DNA of 64,000 bases from Camelus ferus (lineage: Eukaryota), in the NCBI RefSeq assembly GCF_009834535.1, contig NC_045697.1, positions 35,032,001-35,096,000 on the forward strand, given 5' to 3'. This document shows positions 1 through 13,619 of the stretch, one piece after another. Each line of letters starts with the position of its first letter. Position 1 is the first letter of the stretch. The position numbers and the translations under genes were made by a program. Below the pieces are notes generated by a model that worked only from the letters and a program-made list of their open reading frames with translations, was not told the origin of the DNA and did no database searches.

Positions 1-2256
1 GAAATTCTGCGCTCTCCAAGGGCACAAACAGTAAAAACAGCAATATTTGCATAATGAGGAAGCACATAATGGCAGAAAATTACTCTCGGCAGTTTAAGTG
101 AGAGAATAATTAAGGAATCAATTTAGTTCACATCCTGCAGGTTGCTGAAAGCGCACAGAGGGAACCTTTGTGTGCTGCTCACCAGGAAGAAACAGACTGA
201 ACAACAGTTTATGACTCACAGAGAGCCATATATTTGATTTCTTAAAAACAGGTAAGATAGTTGGGAGTTTCCTGTGCTTTGCCTTGGTCATGACAGCAGA
301 GGCTTGGCGCTCAAGGGGCTTCCACAGCAGCCCTCTGGCCACGCTGTGCCCTCAGCCATCCCAGCGCCTAGCCAGCTCCTCCCCACACTTCAGCTGCCAG
401 TCTTAAATGCTCCTACTTCCCTTATTAGGGGACTTCTTTTTATCTTCTTGAAATCCTCAAGTAAGTCAATATACTTTTTTCCCCTTATAGTTTCTTTCCT
501 AGATTTCTGGTAGACAAAAATAAAATCCTTGTTTACATTTTTCTAATGGTGTGTCATTAGAATATTAAAATAAAAGTCACTTTAATAAATTATTTTAAAA
601 ATCACTTTTGGACCTCATTAATGCAAATACACGTTGTTTAGTTTTCTAAGGTAAACCATCATCAAAACTGAGATGCGTTTCCATTAACTGTAATAATGGC
701 TCTTCTTTTTAAAGACATACTTATAAAATGCTTAAGAATCTCTCCGTATCTATTTAGAAATTTAAATAGGGATGATTCAATAGCATATTTTATTAAATAT
801 TTTCTTGTCATTTATTAAATATTATCTAACCAGATAATGAAAACGTCCTTACTCTTGTTACTGTGTATGTGATTAATTGGGTTGGCAGTATTTTTTCACT
901 GCGTCGGCACCCAGAGATAAACTTGCACTTACCAGTGGTGAAGTTTGGGCCATGCAGAGGTGGGTGTTTTACCTGGCTTTCTACAAGCTTGCTCTTCCAT
1001 TTAGTGCTGTGCTAATTGCTAACAGAATCTCAGGTTTGGAAAAAAAAAAAAAAAGCTTATATAAAAGGCTCTTCCAGAGACTTTTACTCGCTTGGTCCCT
1101 TCTGTTGCAAACTTCTCTGAATTTTCTCCTGGTGCTTTAGCTGGGTTATCTCACTTATACTGCTGTTGAGTCCCTCCTCCAGTTCACCTAATTTCCTGTT
1201 GCACGTATATTACTTGTAAATTTATATAACTCCTTCTTGCAACTGTCTATGATTTCAGCCTGAAAAGTCTTTCTTACAAGACTCAATCTGACAAAATAAA
1301 TAAATAAATACATAAAATGAAATTAATTAAGAATTAATTTTAAGTAGAAGGCAAGGTATTTGCTATTTCTTTATTGTTCTTAAGAGAGGAAATTACTAAA
1401 AATATAAAATGTCAAAGTCATATTCTTTTACAATTAAGATTAGGAGCTATAAACCTCTTAAACAAATGTTAACAGCTGATTTAAAAAGAGCTACAAACCT
1501 GTTTCAGAAATGTAGGATGGGAGAGAAAGAGCCAAATGAGGAAGAAAGAGAGTGAAGGGAGCAGACAGAGAAGTTGAAGACAATGTTAAGAGGAAAAAGG
1601 CAAACATAAAGGGAGAGAATTTCCAGAATCACAAAATATATTATGCCCTCTTCTTCCGCAGGGCCTTTGCACATGTGACTTCTCCTAGGAAATTTCCACC
1701 CTCGGCCCTGCTCTTATTTCTCATCCAGGGATCATACTTTTGGTTAGTCTTATTCAGCCTTTAAGTCAGCTTAGTCATAACTTCCTTCAGGCAAACTTTT
1801 GCTTTATGTGTCCCTAAAATATTCTGCCCTCCCACTGGAAAGTCACCAGACTCGATGGTGACTGTCTACTTATTTGACTGCACCCCGACTCTAAGGCCCA
1901 CAGGGCTAAAAATCCTATCTCCTTTGCTTATCTTTGTATTTCCAGCACCTGATCCAGTGCTCAGTACATACTTGGTACTAAATAAATGAATGACTTGGAA
2001 ACTGACAAACAGGTAGAAAGTAAAGTAGGGAAACGGAGCAGAAAAAGACTCAGACTCAGAGGAGTGTTACTCTAAACAAATAATTTTATTCACTGTGGCT
2101 TGAGCACTTGTAAGTTACATCATTACTATATTACTTCTTTATATGCATAAAAAATAAAAATTTAGATGCAAAATTCACATAGGAAGTGACAGTAAAAGGA
2201 TTTCTAAGAAAGTCCCCCCTTAAGATAAACTTCAGGGAAATTTCCCTCCAGTGTTA

Positions 2257-2436
<180 letters not shown>

Positions 2437-2670
2437 TTAACTTTTTTTAATGGCTCACAGAAACCATTTTCTTTTTATTTCCTGGAGTACTTGATCTTCT
2501 AAAAATATTTTTTTGTTTTGCTTTTACCAAAGAATTTAAGTTATCTCACATATTGAGAAAACCGTAACTGTTGGTGGAAAAGCAGAAATTAGTAGGTTTC
2601 AAAACAAATGATTAGTTTACATTTCACTACATTAAAAAGCAAAGAGTTGGTGCAATTCTATTGACATCAC

Positions 2671-3278
2671 CTGACAACTGGGAAGGATCCACCAGCGTGT
2701 GTTTGGAGACAGCAATGAGTTTACTCAGGAGGTGCACGGTCATTTCTTGTGTGGATACTGAGGTAAAACCCTTAAGGAAGAGCTGTTGAAGGCCTGGGAA
2801 ATTATTCCACTTCAGTTTGCTTTGTACGTTTTCAATCTTCTCTCGACTCTCTGATTTATCCAAAGGCAAGTGGATCAGCAGTTTGTTGAGAAGCCTGAGA
2901 GCCAGGAGGTATTCGTATTCGTAATCTGACTCTAATAAAGATGCTGCTATCCAAAAAATGGTGGCCATCAAGTTGGCAGGCTCAGTAGTGGACTGCACAT
3001 CATACACTGCTTTCTCTCTCAGAGAGGAAAGGCTTCTAGTCCTCACTAAACTACTGCTATGGTTTATCCGTCCGTCCATTATATCCAGTGTGTTACTCCG
3101 CCGCCGGTCACCCCTTCGGTCACCAATTAAACTTAATCTCAAAGAGTTACTTCTTGTATTACTGTTATATCCCAAATAACTGCTACTATTAATGGGACTT
3201 GTGCTTAAATTGAGTTGTCCAGTGCTTTTCCTGTTAGCTGCATACTTGTTTCCCATTATAGGATCATGGTATGAGGTT
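2671..3278 (-). CDS. FRYL: FRYL exon, 608 nt: TSYHDPIMGNKYAANRKSTGQ...LVDPSQLS(G)
   Basis: aaaag|AAC...CAG|gtgatg; phase 2-1; overlaps ORF 2627..3256. Confidence 0.95.
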
Positions 3279-4358
3279 CTTTTTAAGAAAAAAAGAGAAA
3301 GAAAGAAAGAAAAAAGATGAATCCGTGCACAATCATTTCTTTAGCTACATTAATTGTACTCTTGAAAATGCTGAAAAGGGTAACTGTTACCAGGAAAAAA
3401 ATCACTTCTAAGTATACTGGACTTTGCTTAATTAAATTTCAGTTCTTTCCTCCCTGTTGAAATGTACAACAGTATCTTTTCTACTGTGGCCAATTGTTTC
3501 CTTTGGGTTGGATGAGGTTTGACTTCAAGTGAAATTTCTGCTACAGTTACCACTGATAATGTTTAGCTTTGGGATTTAGTAAACATTATATCCCAAGCAG
3601 GCTTCCTTTGTCTTAACCCCAGAGCTGATGGTCCTGGGGTCCCTATTTCTGTCAATTCACACTCTTTCCAGAAGAACCAAGCTCAAAAATTTTATTTTTG
3701 ATTTCTCCTCTCCTTCACATCCAATTATCATTGGTTAAAAAATAATTACAGAATTCTTTCTACATGTGCCAGCAGTGTGTAAAATGCTAGGAATATCAGG
3801 TAAAGTCCATGTAGATGGATAAATTACAGCCTGTTAGTTGCTGTCATTAAAATATAAAGAAAACACTGTGACAATCCAAAGGATGGAGTAATTAGCCTTA
3901 CCCTGGGGCAGGCAGAAATGTTTAGCTAGGAGGTGATACTGAGACAGGACTTAAAGGAGAAGCCAATTCGGGATTTGCAAGGAAGATAAAGTTCGAAGAG
4001 AGGCTGGTCCAGGGAGAAGGAACAGTATGTGGAAGGTGTGAGTTTTGAGGTGCCTGGCCTGCTGGGAGCACAATGGGATGCTGAGTGTGGCAGGAACAGA
4101 GCCCGTCACTGAGGCTGAAGCCAAGCAGCCCAGCAGAAAGAGCTCTGGCCAGGATGTCAGAGAGACAGCACTGCCACTTCCCAGCCCCGTGACTCGTCAC
4201 ATGTCCTCACCATCTGGGGCTCATTTTCCCACTGGTAATCCATCTGAATTTTGGGGTATTATTCTCACCACCAATATTAGCACAATACAATATTATACAT
4301 ATTTAGCTATTGAAGGTCTATATACAAATCTACTGGTTGCCTAGTTTTAAACTCTTAC

Positions 4359-4453
4359 TGAGAAAGGGCAGAAAGAAGATCATAATGCTTCATGGTTTCA
4401 GCCAAAGTATCAATTGCAGATTCCAACGTGAGAAGAAGCTCAATCACAAATCC
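4359..4453 (-). CDS. FRYL: FRYL exon, 95 nt: GFVIELLLTLESAIDTLAETMKHYDLLSALS(Q)
   Basis: tctag|GGA...TCA|gtaaga; phase 0-2; not in the ORF track. Confidence 0.94.
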
Positions 4454-4649
4454 CTAGAAGAAAGGCAGATTTTAATTAATTATGCTCTGGAAAGAAGAAA
4501 TTGCAACACACTTCCTGATGAGATTTTAAAATAGAACAAACTCCACGTTAATATTACAAAGTAATTAAACTCTTGAGCAACACGATCTTGCTGATTGACG
4601 AAAATGCATCCAACTAATGGTATAAATTGATCATAATGGCAACACAATT

Positions 4650-5440
4650 CACCCAAAATTGCTTAGACCAGAAATCTAGGAGCCACCCTGTTGCTTTCCC
4701 TCACATCTAATTGAAACCATCACCAAGTCCTAAAAATATTACTTAAAAAATATATCCTAAACCCAACTTCTTTTCCCTACCTCCACAGCTTTCCTTTAAT
4801 CCAAACTGACATCATTTCGGACTGGACTCCTACAAACAGCCTCTTAACTGACCTTTCTTGCTTTCCTGAGGACTCCACCTAGCCTCCAGAGTGAATTTTT
4901 TAAAGAGCAAATTGTATCCATCACTCTCCTTTTAAAACCTATGGGTGGTTTCCCGTCAATTCAGAGTAAAATCTCACCTCTCAACAGAACCTTCCAGGCC
5001 TCACAAGATCTAGACCTACCCTCCTCATCACATCCACCTGCCTGTTGATGTCCCTGTCTAAAACACTCTCACCACACTGGTTTGCTTGATGTTCCTTTAA
5101 AAAGCCTTTTGCTCCTCCCCCAGGGCCTTTGCACTTGCTAGTTCTATTTCCCTTTGCTCTCTTCCCCAGATTATCACAGGGCTCACTCCATTTAAATGTG
5201 TGTTCAAAAACTCATCTTTTCAGATGATCACGTATAAAACAACCCCTCCCCCTGTCATTCTTTATAACCTGTTACTCTGTCTTATTATTTTCACAGCATT
5301 CATCACTAAGTAAAATGGCATTACACATTATTGGTGGACTAAAGTCCTGTTTCCCCCATGAAATGTGAGCTCCAGAATGCCAGCAATGTTGTCTTGTTTA
5401 CTATGGTATCCCTGGTGTCTAAAAACATTAATAAAACCAT
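4650..5440 (+). mobile_element. L2 LINE fragment
   Basis: Degenerate L2 3' motifs: cagcctcttaactgacct, cagggcctttgcacttgct, aaatgtgagctcc. Confidence 0.65.
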
Positions 5441-5756
5441 GTACAGATGTATGTACATTCCCTATTGCAATATTCCACTTTATCTTAAAAAATGAAATCA
5501 AGTGTTCTACTTTAACTTCCTCTTTTACCCTGTGGTCATCCAAGAATAATAGCCAGGTGTGTGCGTATAAAGCTTTTTCTGACAGGCACTAACAATTTAA
5601 TTCAATTGGTATGTTACTAGTATTACTTATACAACGTCTAAAATTCTGACATTAATAATTCTATGTGCCCTATGTATTGCTCTACCTGCAGTGATTTACA
5701 TTTGGCAATAAGTCCTTGACAACAAGGCGCTGCTCAACACCTGCTGAAAAGATTTA

Positions 5757-6113
<357 letters not shown>

Positions 6114-6130
6114 TCATTAAATTCCATTGC

Positions 6131-6224
6131 TTTTTTATTTTTGTTAAGTGGAGGCACTGCGAATTGAACCCAGGGCTCCGTGCATGCTAAACACGAACTC
6201 TACCACTGAGCTCTATCCTGCCCC
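6131..6224 (-). mobile_element. tRNA-derived SINE, same family, more diverged
   Basis: Reverse complement gives GATAGAGCTCAGTGGTAGAG...GCATGCACGGAGCCCTGGGTTCAATTCGCAGTGCCTCC plus an A-rich tail. Confidence 0.8.
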
Positions 6225-6282
6225 TCTCATTTGAATTTTAGATGACTCTTCACTCTAATCTCAGGGAAGGACTCCCTGAGAA

Positions 6283-6498
6283 CAGGGTTTCTCAGCCTCA
6301 GCACTACTGACACTCCGGCCAGATAACTGTTGTGAGGGCTGCCCGGTGCCGCGTACTTAAGTACTGGCATCCCTAGCCTTTATCCAACCTGACACCAGTA
6401 GCGACCTCCTGCCACCCGCCCCTTAATTGTGACAAAAGTGTTTCCAGACATTGCAAAATGTCCCGAGAAGCAAAATCGCCCCCAGCTGAGAATTACTG
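6283..6498. mobile_element. MER20-like hAT-Charlie DNA transposon
   Basis: Termini cagggtttctcagc...gctgagaattactg are inverted; internal ccagacattgcaaaatgtcc matches recalled MER20. Confidence 0.8.
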
Positions 6499-6900
6499 CT
6501 TTAGATACACACACTTTACTATAATTTTCAGAATGTGTTAAGTTCAAAAATCACAGAGACTCATACCAGTATAAAAAATTATGTTAAGGTTTGTCATCTC
6601 TACCTATGTTCCTTAAATATAATTGTTTCATAATAAACAACTGTATTGTAATTTTATTATGCCATCCTACACAAAACTAAGAACCCCAGGCTGTCAAAGG
6701 AGCATTCTTAATTTAAGTAGTAACTTAATTTCTTTTCAACCAAAACAAATCTGTTATCACTAGTAAGTTAAAAAGGAAAAACTGTCTAAAACTCAACTTG
6801 AAACACATCAATGGTCAACTTTTTGCTGAACAGTATCAGAAGTTTTGACATCACCCTAAAATATCTCCTTGAAAGTAAATATTATCCGAAATATTTATTA

Positions 6901-7065
<165 letters not shown>

Positions 7066-8198
7066 TTACCTTAAGTTTTACTCATACTCACCTAAAACGT
7101 GCTTTTGCAATTAAAAAGGATAGTAGTTGAATAAATCAAACAGCATGTCACACAGGCTACTACTACTATTTATGTTCCTGGACATGTAATGATTTAGAGC
7201 AAGTACAGGAAGATGCAAGTTCCATCATTACAGGCAGATTCTCCCAGAGGTAGGAGGAAAAGATGACAAATTTTTTGCCAAGTGGAAAGAGTACTGGTTA
7301 TTGCTTATGTATTACAGATCAAAACATTATAACTTGTAGAGGCTAGACTGTATTTAGATTGTGATGCAGAGAAAATAATTTATAAGCTAAAACTACAGGG
7401 ACAGGTTAGGGCAGAATAAAGTCCTGTGGGTTCTTTCTTTAAAATACCTGCATTCTCGAGCCCACCACCTTGTCGAATAAGGGTTAAGCCCCTTATTACC
7501 ACAGGCCCAGAGTGCCCTGAAAAAAGATGTGGTCACACTGCTGTTGGTCCCTAACACCTCTAATTCATCATGTCCCTTGCTATGAGACCGATCATAGCAT
7601 ATTTATTTAATTGAGTCCCCCTATCCTCCCCATTCAGCTCAAAGATTTTCAATAAAGTTTCCTTTCTTGAAAGATCTATAACCTGTAGGCTAGACTTCAT
7701 GGTCCTTCAGTTTGAACTCTTCTAAGATTTCTTGTCTGGAAAGTCTTTCCTCAGCATTACAGTCAGACCAGATTCTCACCATTTCCAAACATACTTCGTT
7801 TTCTCACACGCCTGTGACTTTGCTTTTGCTGTAGAATACCGGCCCCTTTCTCCCCATCTATGTTTCTTCTTTACTTAGAGTGCTTTGCAAAGAGTAGACC
7901 ATAAATAAATATTGGATACTGACTGGTCATGTAGCTGATGAAGGCAGAATATGTACTCAGATAACACTGTGTCCTCTTCGGGTACTCAGCATTAGACACA
8001 ATTAAGGCCTTCCTCAGCTACAATCATATGAGCCAAAGAAGAAAGTCATCAAATTTTCTAAATATTGCACAATACACACTTGTCTACTCCAAATCAAGGA
8101 CACTTTGAAAAACAAAAATAGGGTCTGCTGTAACTGACAAATGAAATGACAACTTGATGCGGATACGTTGCTGGAACAGTAGGGGGTGCAGATGTTAC

Positions 8199-8403
8199 CT
8201 TGAGGTAATGAATTCCATGAGGGTTTTTACTTTTCCATCCTGCTCTACTGAGATGTCGACCTCGTTGAGGACAGTGGTGTGCAGATGTGAAATGGCAGCG
8301 CTGTTATTTCCTAAGCTGATACTAGAGGAGGTAGAACTTGAGCTGAGCCCTGAGTCAGTCATGGGGGAGGGCTGGTAATCAGGTATAAAATCACTAACAC
8401 CTG
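8199..8403 (-). CDS. FRYL: FRYL exon, 205 nt: (A)GVSDFIPDYQPSPMTDSGLSSSSTSSS...LMEFITS(R)
   Basis: ttcag|CAG GT (NAGNAG)...AAG|gtaaca; phase 1-2. Confidence 0.93.
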
Positions 8404-8620
8404 CTGAAAGAGAGCGCCGCGCATGAACACCCAGACGTAAAACCATCTCCCACAGTATTTAAAGAATTAAGTTCTGGTTCCTTATAGATTATATAAGTAT
8501 ATAAAGGATGATGCAGATCAGTGCTCCTCCCCCTGCAGCCTCCCAAGCACCAAATTACATCAGGTGAGGTTTTGAGCAAACACAGCAAACTTAACTCTTT
8601 GGATTTACTATACAGTCCTC

Positions 8621-8637
8621 TGCTGCCATCTGCTGAG
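8621..8637 (-). promoter_or_regulatory. CTCF core motif
   Basis: Minus strand CTCAGCAGATGGCAGCA; motif match only. Confidence 0.4.
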
Positions 8638-9747
8638 CAAAGTTGAAACTGGCAGCTTCCTAATATTTTGGCATAACGTGGGTTAAGTCATTCATATTTC
8701 TATAGTGTAACTGATTTTTAATTTCTTATGGAAAAGATTCTATGCTTTCTGCTTCACTTTACTCAAAGGCCATTTTAGAGTCTATTTATAGACTTAAAAA
8801 TATAATATTTACATTATGCCAATTATTAAATAATTCTAAAGGTTACTACTAATGCTCATACAAAATGGCAAACGAGGCCTTAAAAACAAACAACAAATAC
8901 AAACTAAGGAATTTTGAATAGAAATGCTTCAACATAAAAAAAAGGGAGAAAACTTTATTTCATTCATCTTTTAATCATAGTTTTAAAGGTGAATAAGTTT
9001 ACTAATCATTGTTTTCTCATTAACCACAAGGTTTTAAATAGACAACAAGGATTTAACTAAGTAAATTTAAATTTTATTAACCCTGTATCTGGCATTAAAT
9101 GATTGGCAAAAAAAAGTAATTTTATTTCAATTTTTAAAAACAATTATTTTCTAGATCATTTATTATAAATCAGATGATACTGATGAATAAAATAAATATT
9201 AGGTTATTAGGAAAAGAAAATAAAAAGTAAAAAAAAAATCACATCAGCAGTGAAATAAATTTTACATTAAAATCTCATTAATTTGGACCTCACTAGTACT
9301 TTAAAATATGCAATTTGGAACTTACTAGACTTCAAACGTATAACATTTTAAGTGAAATCAATATAACCAAGTGAAAAAAAATTTTTTGCTGTCCTCCTTG
9401 GCCAATTTTTCAGATCTTGAGATCAGGAGGAAACTAATACAAGTTTACCATCTTTTTCATAACCAGTGCTCAATAAATTAAGCCACTCTTTCATTGTACC
9501 TTTAACTTACATGTTTAGAGCTTGAAATTTTTATGACGAAGATCCTTAAAGGCAATACAGATCAAATATTCCAAGTCTAAGTCCTTCTTTATGGATTAAT
9601 AAATAATACCAATGGTACTTAAAATAATAAAACTACATTTAAAAAAATATTGTCCAGTGTTTCAACTTTAGTTGACTTTCTGTAATGTAGGATTCCAAAT
9701 GAATGAAGTACAATTCCACTTGCAAACTGAACTTTTAAAGCAAATAC

Positions 9748-9933
9748 CTGTGAAAGTATAATCTGAGTGTGCAATTTGTTTGACTGTAAGCACCCTGGGC
9801 TCATTAAACTCCTTGTTCCTGAGAAGGACAGAAGCAGCAGTTCGGATGTTGCTGTTGGATCCCATCACTATTAGTAAGTGCAGAAGCAGGCGTTTACAAT
9901 GCTCGTACACCTCAGGGTGGCAGTGGTCAAACC
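9748..9933 (-). CDS. FRYL: FRYL exon, 186 nt: FDHCHPEVYEHCKRLLLHLL...HSDYTFT
   Basis: tttag|GGT...CAG|gtattt; phase 1-1. Confidence 0.95.
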
Positions 9934-10749
9934 CTAAAGAGAACCATAAAAAAAGTCATCATCAATAAAGACAGATAATGAGTATTCTTGCTACCAAACC
10001 CATATTTTAAAAAGAAAAGAAGAAATTATATAAGGTCATATTACGTCAATTTTTTTATTAGCCTAGAATTTGTATACATTTTTATAATAGCCTATTGTCC
10101 TCCTGGACTAGGGAGAATCCAGGCAAGTTCCCAAAGTGTACGTCTAAAATTTAGTTATCTCTTAGACACTAATACTCTGTTACAAAACACTAGATGTAAA
10201 TGAACTTTTATAGGCAAGGATTTTTTGTGTGCTTAGAACGCAATAAAAAGTCAGTAGCTGTTTGCTTACTGAAGGAATGAAGTAATACATGTATAATAAG
10301 TGCACATATCAGGAAATTTAGGAGAAGATGGCTGTTTTGACTTCTTCAGGAAAGCAATCCTCCCAGCACGGGCAGTACTGCTGATGCGATGGCTCCCACA
10401 TGTTTGTTAAGAGGGCATAATGGAGTTTCAGCTGTAATCAGACTGTCCACGATCTAATTCTTTGGGGAAACACTTAGTACCCATTTCAGTTTTCCATTTA
10501 CTCTGAAAGCTTCCAATCACAGAGGTAAATTAACTTTACTTTTGCTTCAGTTACAGGATTTTTCCTGCTGGAGGGTATGTGTTTGTGTGTGCAGCGGGAG
10601 AGGCTGCAGGACAGGAATAGGAATGGGTAAGAGGCTAGAAATAACTCCCCTCTAGACCATGAGAATCACAGTAAAAAGTGTCATGGAAATAACCCACAAA
10701 AAGGAGGAACCGAAATACGTAGAAACTCTCTTAAAGCCATATTGCCTTT

Positions 10750-11445
10750 CCCACTGTGGAAAACAGTATGGAGATTCCTCAGAACACTAAAAATAGAACC
10801 ATTGTACAATCCAGCAATTCCACCCGTGGGTATATATCCAAAGAAAACAAAAACACTAATTCAAAAAGATGTATGCACCCCAATGTTCATAGTAGCACTA
10901 TTTATAATAGCCAAGTCCTGGAGGCAACCTAAATTTCCATCAACAGATGAATAAAGAAGATGTGGTATATATATATGCAATGGAATACTACTCAGCCAGA
11001 AAAAGAATGAAATGTTGTCATTTGCAACAACACGGGTGGACCTGGAGGGTGTTATGCTTAGTGAAAATAAGTCAGAGAGAAAAAGACAAACACTGTATGT
11101 TATCACTTAATATGTGAAATCTAAAAAAAAGCAAAACAAACTAGTGAATGTAGCAAAACAGAAGCAGACTCACAGATATAGAGAACAAATAAGTGGCTAC
11201 CAGTGGGGAGAGGGGAAGCGGGTGAGGGGCACGATAGGGGTAAGGGCATTAAGAGGTACAAACTACCATGTATAAAATAAATAGATTACAAGGATACATT
11301 ATACAGCACAGAGAATATAGCCAATATTTTATAATAACTGTAAATGGAGTAGAACCTATAAAAATTCTGAATCACTATTTGTACACCTGAAACTGTTGTA
11401 AATCAACGATACCTTAATAAAAATTTAATTAAAAATAAAAATAAG
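10750..11445 (+). mobile_element. L1 3' end (ORF2 C-terminus, 3'UTR and A tail; L1MA-like)
   Basis: ORF 10742..10954 (WKTVWRFL...PAIP...CTPMFIVALFIIAKSW) is the L1 ORF2 C-terminus, followed by typical 3'UTR and an A-rich tail. Confidence 0.92.
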
Positions 11446-11529
11446 TGTGACCTGATAAAAACCAAATATACTGCCTTTCAATTATCACAAAAATATGAAA
11501 TGAAGACATGAGAACCAAATATTTATTAC

Positions 11530-11633
11530 CTATAAAAATTGCATGAAGAAGAAGATGGAGGTAGCTTCCCCATTCCACCTTCACACTATGATCAATGATC
11601 AGATCAGTCAGAAGGATCACGGCTATGTTACAC
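11530..11633 (-). CDS. FRYL: FRYL exon, 104 nt: CNIAVILLTDLIIDHSVKVEWGSYLHLLLHAIFI(G)
   Basis: catag|GTG...TAG|gtaata; phase 2-1. Confidence 0.95.
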
Positions 11634-12304
11634 CTATGACAGACAAGAGTGTTGTTAACGCTTTACTAGAGTAAACCTAGAGAAAATCTTATGCAAATTA
11701 CTTGCAGACTTTAATATTGTATTTTATGGAAAAATACAATTTCCCAAGAAAAAAAGAAGAGAAGAAATACAGCTGGAGAAACTGTTAAGTGACAGTTTTA
11801 GAAAAAAAACATATCTGCTATGGGGTCCTTGAAGCCAAGGGCCATGCTTTCTTCATCTTCAACCCTAAGACCTAGCACACTGCTTGCCACATAGTAGGTG
11901 TTCAATACATGTTTGGTACATCAGTACATTTGGAAAGAACGCAGTAACTGTTCTATTTTGATTTTGCTAAGCAGACATCAGTTTAACTCAATTCAAAATA
12001 AGAGGGCCTATTACCATAAAGTAATATTTTTCAGATGTAGTAACTGGGTCCCAGAAAGGTCAAGTAACTATGCCAGACACCCAGAAAAGCAGCAGCAGCA
12101 GAATTAGATTTCACAATATCCACCAAAAACAGTTAACTCTGAGTTTTTAAATTTCTTAAACATCTACACACACTGATCGAATTTGTTGCAGTATCAAAAG
12201 AGAGAAGTTTGCTTGTATCCTGTGTTGTCAGATAGTGTAAAGAAAGCTGAAAGTGTTAAGCAGCGACTTGGCTCGTATGAAATAGGAATGACGCTGTGGT
12301 CCAC

Positions 12305-12455
12305 CTGTGAAGAGGTAATCCAGGTGATGACGTTTCAGGCAAGTAATCCACCAGTGGTGACCAGCAGCCTCCAGCTGGTGGGAAGGGTAGTGGCTCTCCT
12401 TGATTATGCTCCATCACTTTCAGGCGCCAATTAGAATAAAGTGGCATTGAATCAC
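12305..12455 (-). CDS. FRYL: FRYL exon, 151 nt: DSMPLYSNWRLKVMEHNQGEPLPFPP...PGLPLH(R)
   Basis: gatag|GTG...CAG|gtggac; phase 1-2 (weak donor). Confidence 0.92.
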
Positions 12456-12869
12456 CTATCAAAATAAAATGATCTCATTGTCTACACCATCTACTTTCTG
12501 CTAAGATAAGCAAACTCTAGTAAGACACCAACTATTTATAGCATTGGAAAGTGAGCAAAAGAATTTCCCACTATTTTGACATATGTTTGCTAGGAAGACC
12601 TGGGCACAAATATCATCAGAGTAAGCAAATCAGAGAGAAAGAAGAGATCACAATTCAGGTTCCATCCTTTTATCAAAGCAAACTACATGAGCACTTCATC
12701 ATGATTCCGTAATTGATGTCCCAGCTATGAGACCGCATGAAAGGAAAAGCTGCCTTGCTAACAAGGGCCTCTGGTAAGTTACTCGGTTCTAAATTTCCTG
12801 AGATAGGGCCAATGCAAACCCATCCTCAAAGGAAATCTGCTCCACCACAGCAGGGCTGCAGGGTGCAGT

Positions 12870-12995
12870 AAAAAATGCCATCAGGAAATGTGAGTTCTGT
12901 GTGACGTGGGTAAGTCACTTAACCTCTCTGGACCTCAGTTCCATCATATGCAAAGTGAGAAGATGGGACCAGATCACATCCAGGGTCCCTTCCCA
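12870..12995. mobile_element. MIR SINE fragment
   Basis: tgtgacgtggggtaagtcacttaacctctctggacctcagtt matches the MIR core. Confidence 0.75.
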
Positions 12996-13415
12996 GTCTG
13001 AAGGCTTCTGTTTCTATTCCACCCTGCCTTAGTGTTACAGCGAGACTGGGGCAGATTATTTATTCTGCAATTGCAAGGGAGGACATTTTAGTAAAATGTG
13101 AATCCGTGGAGAAAGAGCCAGCCTGTTCAAAAAAGCAGCCTGCTGCCAAGCGTCTGTTCTATGATGCTTCTTGAGAACCAATTCTTATGTTCCTTTCGAT
13201 TTATCTACAGGGAACCTGCACTTTTAAAACATAATTCCCCCACTTATGTTGCTTATTTAAATTAAGACATTTCATGTTATGTTGGAACACCACTAGTGGC
13301 AGTTAAATACTCTTCTTAAAAACAATCTACTGGAAGAATATATTAATTAACATTAATATAATTACAATACACCTTGCCATTGTTGTTATTGAAAAAAAAA
13401 TTTGGAATGTATTAC

Positions 13416-13528
13416 TTTTTTCTTCTTCATAAGATCCTCCAGAGCTGCTACTGTATCGGGACTCTAGTCTGTGATGTTGACGGTTTAAATGACTGTTTAG
13501 TCCACTGTAGATGTCTAGGTGCACATAG
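13416..13528 (-). CDS. FRYL: FRYL exon, 113 nt: YVHLDIYSGLNSHLNRQHHRLESRYSSSSGGSYEEEK(S)
   Basis: catag|CTA...AAA|gtaata; phase 2-1. Confidence 0.94.
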
Positions 13529-13599
13529 CTATGGGAATGATCATCGAAGTTAGTCACAGTTCATGGTAAAATAGTATCTGTACTTCATGTTTTACGTTT

Positions 13600-13619
13600 A
13601 AACATGTTTAAACATGTTT
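13600..13619. promoter_or_regulatory. Perfect p53/p63/p73 consensus element, zero spacer
   Basis: AAACATGTTT AAACATGTTT = RRRCWWGYYY x2; motif match only. Confidence 0.45.

Noticed and set aside
13288..13304. CTCF motif ccactagtggcag
   Set aside because: One core base is missing relative to CCACTAGRTGGCAG.
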